From assembly GCA_965113315.1 (NCBI GenBank), contig OZ220372.1: a stretch of 64,000 nucleotides of DNA; one strand, written 5' to 3'. The notes under the pieces were generated by a model. It was not told where the DNA came from. It worked only from the letters and a program-made list of their open reading frames with translations, and ran no database searches. This document shows, in pieces, positions 61,427 to 64,000 of the stretch. Source of the stretch: Podarcis vaucheri. Its lineage: Eukaryota. Position numbers and translations under genes: made by a program. Within the stretch, counting starts at the first letter, position 1. Every line of letters begins with the position of its first letter.

Positions 61427-63027
61427 TTTATTATTATTATTTGGGAAAAGTGCTTCTTACAAAAGGCAGCTGCAAAGTAACACAGACTTCAGCAACAGTT
61501 TCCGATTCCATTTAAAAGTGAAAGGAGACGCAATCCAAAGGACATAAGCAGCAGAACAGTTTTAAGGACAATCCAGCAGCATTAAATGTAAATGGAAAGT
61601 GAAAATTCCATTAAAGAGACAGTGGGAAGAGGGAGAAAAGGGATGGGGGGCTGGGGGGGCACCTGGAGTTTTTTCTTGGCAGAACTGGAGCCTGATTGCG
61701 CGGTTGCTTGTTTGATGGGTACAGCCAAGAGGTAATGTGGGTTCTTTTAAACAGAGAGAGAGAGAGAGAGATAGAAAGAGATAGAAGTGTTTTCCTGGAT
61801 AAAACTCTTGAGTGATTGCTAATGATGATCTCAAACACGTCTAAGAGGAAGGAAATACAGGGATTCTAAGATGCTGGTGCCCTAACTGGGTATTAGGGCT
61901 GGTCAGAACCCTCTTTGGCTAACCATATCCCGTGCCTGTGCAGCCCAAAAGGAGTGTAAAGGTGGCTGGGAAGATATAAGAGTGCTGGTGTCATTAAGGA
62001 GATGCCTATCACCAAGTTAAATGAGCTGGTTTCAAGACCACTTCCCCAAAAAAACTTGGTTGAGACCACGGCTGCTTCAAAGCTTGCAGGGACTTCAGAC
62101 TTCGTGAGCCAAGAAAAGGGGTGGTGGTGGGGTCTAAAGTGGGTGATGGTGAAAGAGAAGAGAGAAGCGAAAGGGTTTAATACACACATATACTAAGTTG
62201 CCCAGCCCTTGGGATACAACTCTGCATTTTATTTGTATATACATACATAGAAAGTTCTCCTTTCACACACAAAAAAACCACATTTCCCTCTCATGCCGAA
62301 CAGTAAAAACCCGGAACATTCGCGCCTGGTTCTGGTTACACAGTAGTAAATAGTAATGTGCAAGTAAACAAGTGACCAAAACCACAAATGAACACGTGTA
62401 CATGGGGTGGGAGTCGGGTCTGGAATGGAACTGAAGCCGGCCAAGGGAAAAGAACGAACAGACGACACCGCTGGCCCGAAATCTGAAGTAGTAAAAAATA
62501 AATGTTTCCGAAGTCCGTAATGGAAAGAGGCCACTGGCCAATTCCTGCCCATCCCTGCCCCTGCCGCACAACCGCCGCTCTCACATTTGTCTCTGGGCTC
62601 TTCAAGATGAGTGTGGAAGTCCTGTAAACACTTGAACCTTGGAACTGGGTGAATCCCCGACAGGAACACAGATATGAAGCAACAAGTCTAATCTAACTGT
62701 CTGACAGTTAAATTCCATATTATTTTTTTTACAAAAAAAAACCCTAACGTTTTAAAGGTTTATTACATGTCATTTGTTTAACAGAGAAGAAAAAAACACA
62801 CACTCCTGGGGTTGGGGGAGCTTTGAGGCCGGGAGAAAGGAGGGCGGGGTGGGGTTCGGGGAGAGGAGGAGACAGACCCTGGGTAAAAAGTTATTACAAC
62901 AGCAGCACCTGGAATGGATAGGCCTGCCTAGGAGGAGAAAAAAACACAGGCACTGCCACAACACCACAGGAAAAAGAGCTACTGCCTGAAAACTGGAGCA
63001 GGCAGTCCAAAACTCCACAAAGAGGTG
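61427..63027 (-). other. MKRN1: MKRN1 3' UTR with three AATAAA signals (62759-62764, 62228-62233, 61427-61432)
   Basis: Sequence with no recognisable TE downstream of the stop codon, with minus-strand AATAAA hexamers. Confidence 0.65.
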
Positions 63028-63240
63028 CTATAGAGCCAAGTCGTAATAGTCTTCCAGCTCATCGTGAAACAAGTCCCATTCGTCCTCTGAGTCTGTCAGG
63101 TCATCGTCGCCGCCTGCTGCCAACAGCATGAGAAGCATCTCGCCCAGCTCAAAGGTCACCACCTCGTCCTCGTCGTTCTCAAAGGGATCGCTGCCCTCCC
63201 TGTCCTCGATGAACTCCCAAAACCGGTTTCTCCGTTGGGC
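63028..63240 (-). CDS. MKRN1: MKRN1 (makorin RING finger protein 1) last coding exon; the rest of the gene lies beyond the window
   Basis: ttgcag|AQRRNRFWEFIEDREGSDPFENDEDEVVTFELGEMLLMLLAAGGDDDLTDSEDEWDLFHDELEDYYDLAL*, closely matching the MKRN1 acidic C-terminus. Confidence 0.97.
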   Translation of the reverse strand, partial: AQRRNRFWEFIEDREGSDPFENDEDEVVTFELGEMLLMLLAAGGDDDLTDSEDEWDLFHDELEDYYDLAL

Positions 63241-64000
63241 CTGCAAGGGAAGCATAAGAGATTGCCCTCAGGTGTCTCACATTTCCCATACTCTTTCTTG
63301 TAAGGCAGCGCAAAGGCACATCTCTCTCTCTCTCTCCCATGTTCCACGTTCCTCTACCAAACACTGGGCAAAACTGGTAACATTCAGGGCACCTCTAGGC
63401 AGAGAGATTTTGGGTGCCTGGTATGCTGGCTGAGCGCTACTGATCCCGCAAGCCGCAGAGGCAGACTGTTGTGCTGATCCCAGCCAGCACACAATGGCAG
63501 TCTGAGGGACATGGGGAAGGCAATAGCTCAGTGGCAGAGTGCATGATTTATTTGCAAATGCTCCCAAGTTCAGTCCCTGGCATCTCCAGATATGGCTCGG
63601 AAAGACGCCTGCACGAAACGTGGGAGAGATGCTGACAGCCGGCGTTGAGAATAATGGAGTTAGATAGACCCACAATCTGGCTCAGTGTGAGGCAGCTTGA
63701 CAGAGCAGCTTTGTACCATCTTTTCTTATTGGATGTTATTATTATTGATTAAAATTCTATACATCTGAGGATTAAAGGGCACTTTACAATATTCCTTGCG
63801 CCTCTTCAACATCAAATTGTTTAAGTAGTGTGGACAGTTAGACAAAGTACTCGCAGGAATGCCACCAGTTGCAACAGGCCTGCAAAACCTGTGATCCACC
63901 AAGCAGAAGACAACAACAACAACAACGATAATAATAAGTTATCATCACTCCAAAGGCAGCAATAAAACAGTGAACGATACACAGCAGGTTGGCTGCAATT

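Overview
Vertebrate genomic DNA from a squamate reptile, probably a lacertid lizard. The repeat content points that way: Sauria SINEs, BovB, CR1, L1, Rex1, Squam2/Squam3-like SINEs and many hAT and Tc1/mariner MITEs. The window holds the SLC37A3 - RAB19 - MKRN1 block. (1) SLC37A3 is complete on the minus strand: a predicted non-coding exon 1 in a CpG island near 50.3 kb and 14 coding exons from 45159 to 24915. All introns are GT-AG and phase-consistent, giving 1527 nt and 508 aa. (2) RAB19 is complete on the plus strand, head-to-head with SLC37A3: 3 coding exons at 55359-57946, 215 aa, ending in CSC. (3) The last coding exon and 3' UTR of MKRN1 lie on the minus strand (63028-63240). The first ~21 kb is gene-free and repeat-rich, with several nested insertions that keep readable target-site duplications (TSDs). 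I found no clearly new biological system. The best leads are: a possible alternative exon in SLC37A3 intron 2 whose long ORF splices in frame to exon 3; a ~175-bp, ~96%-identical inverted duplication beside the exon 8 acceptor; CR1-tailed SINEs with two different tRNA heads; a MITE inserted into the TATA box of a solo LTR; and a STAT/ETS/CLEAR composite motif at the SLC37A3 promoter. Gene and repeat-family names rest on recognition from memory, not on database searches.
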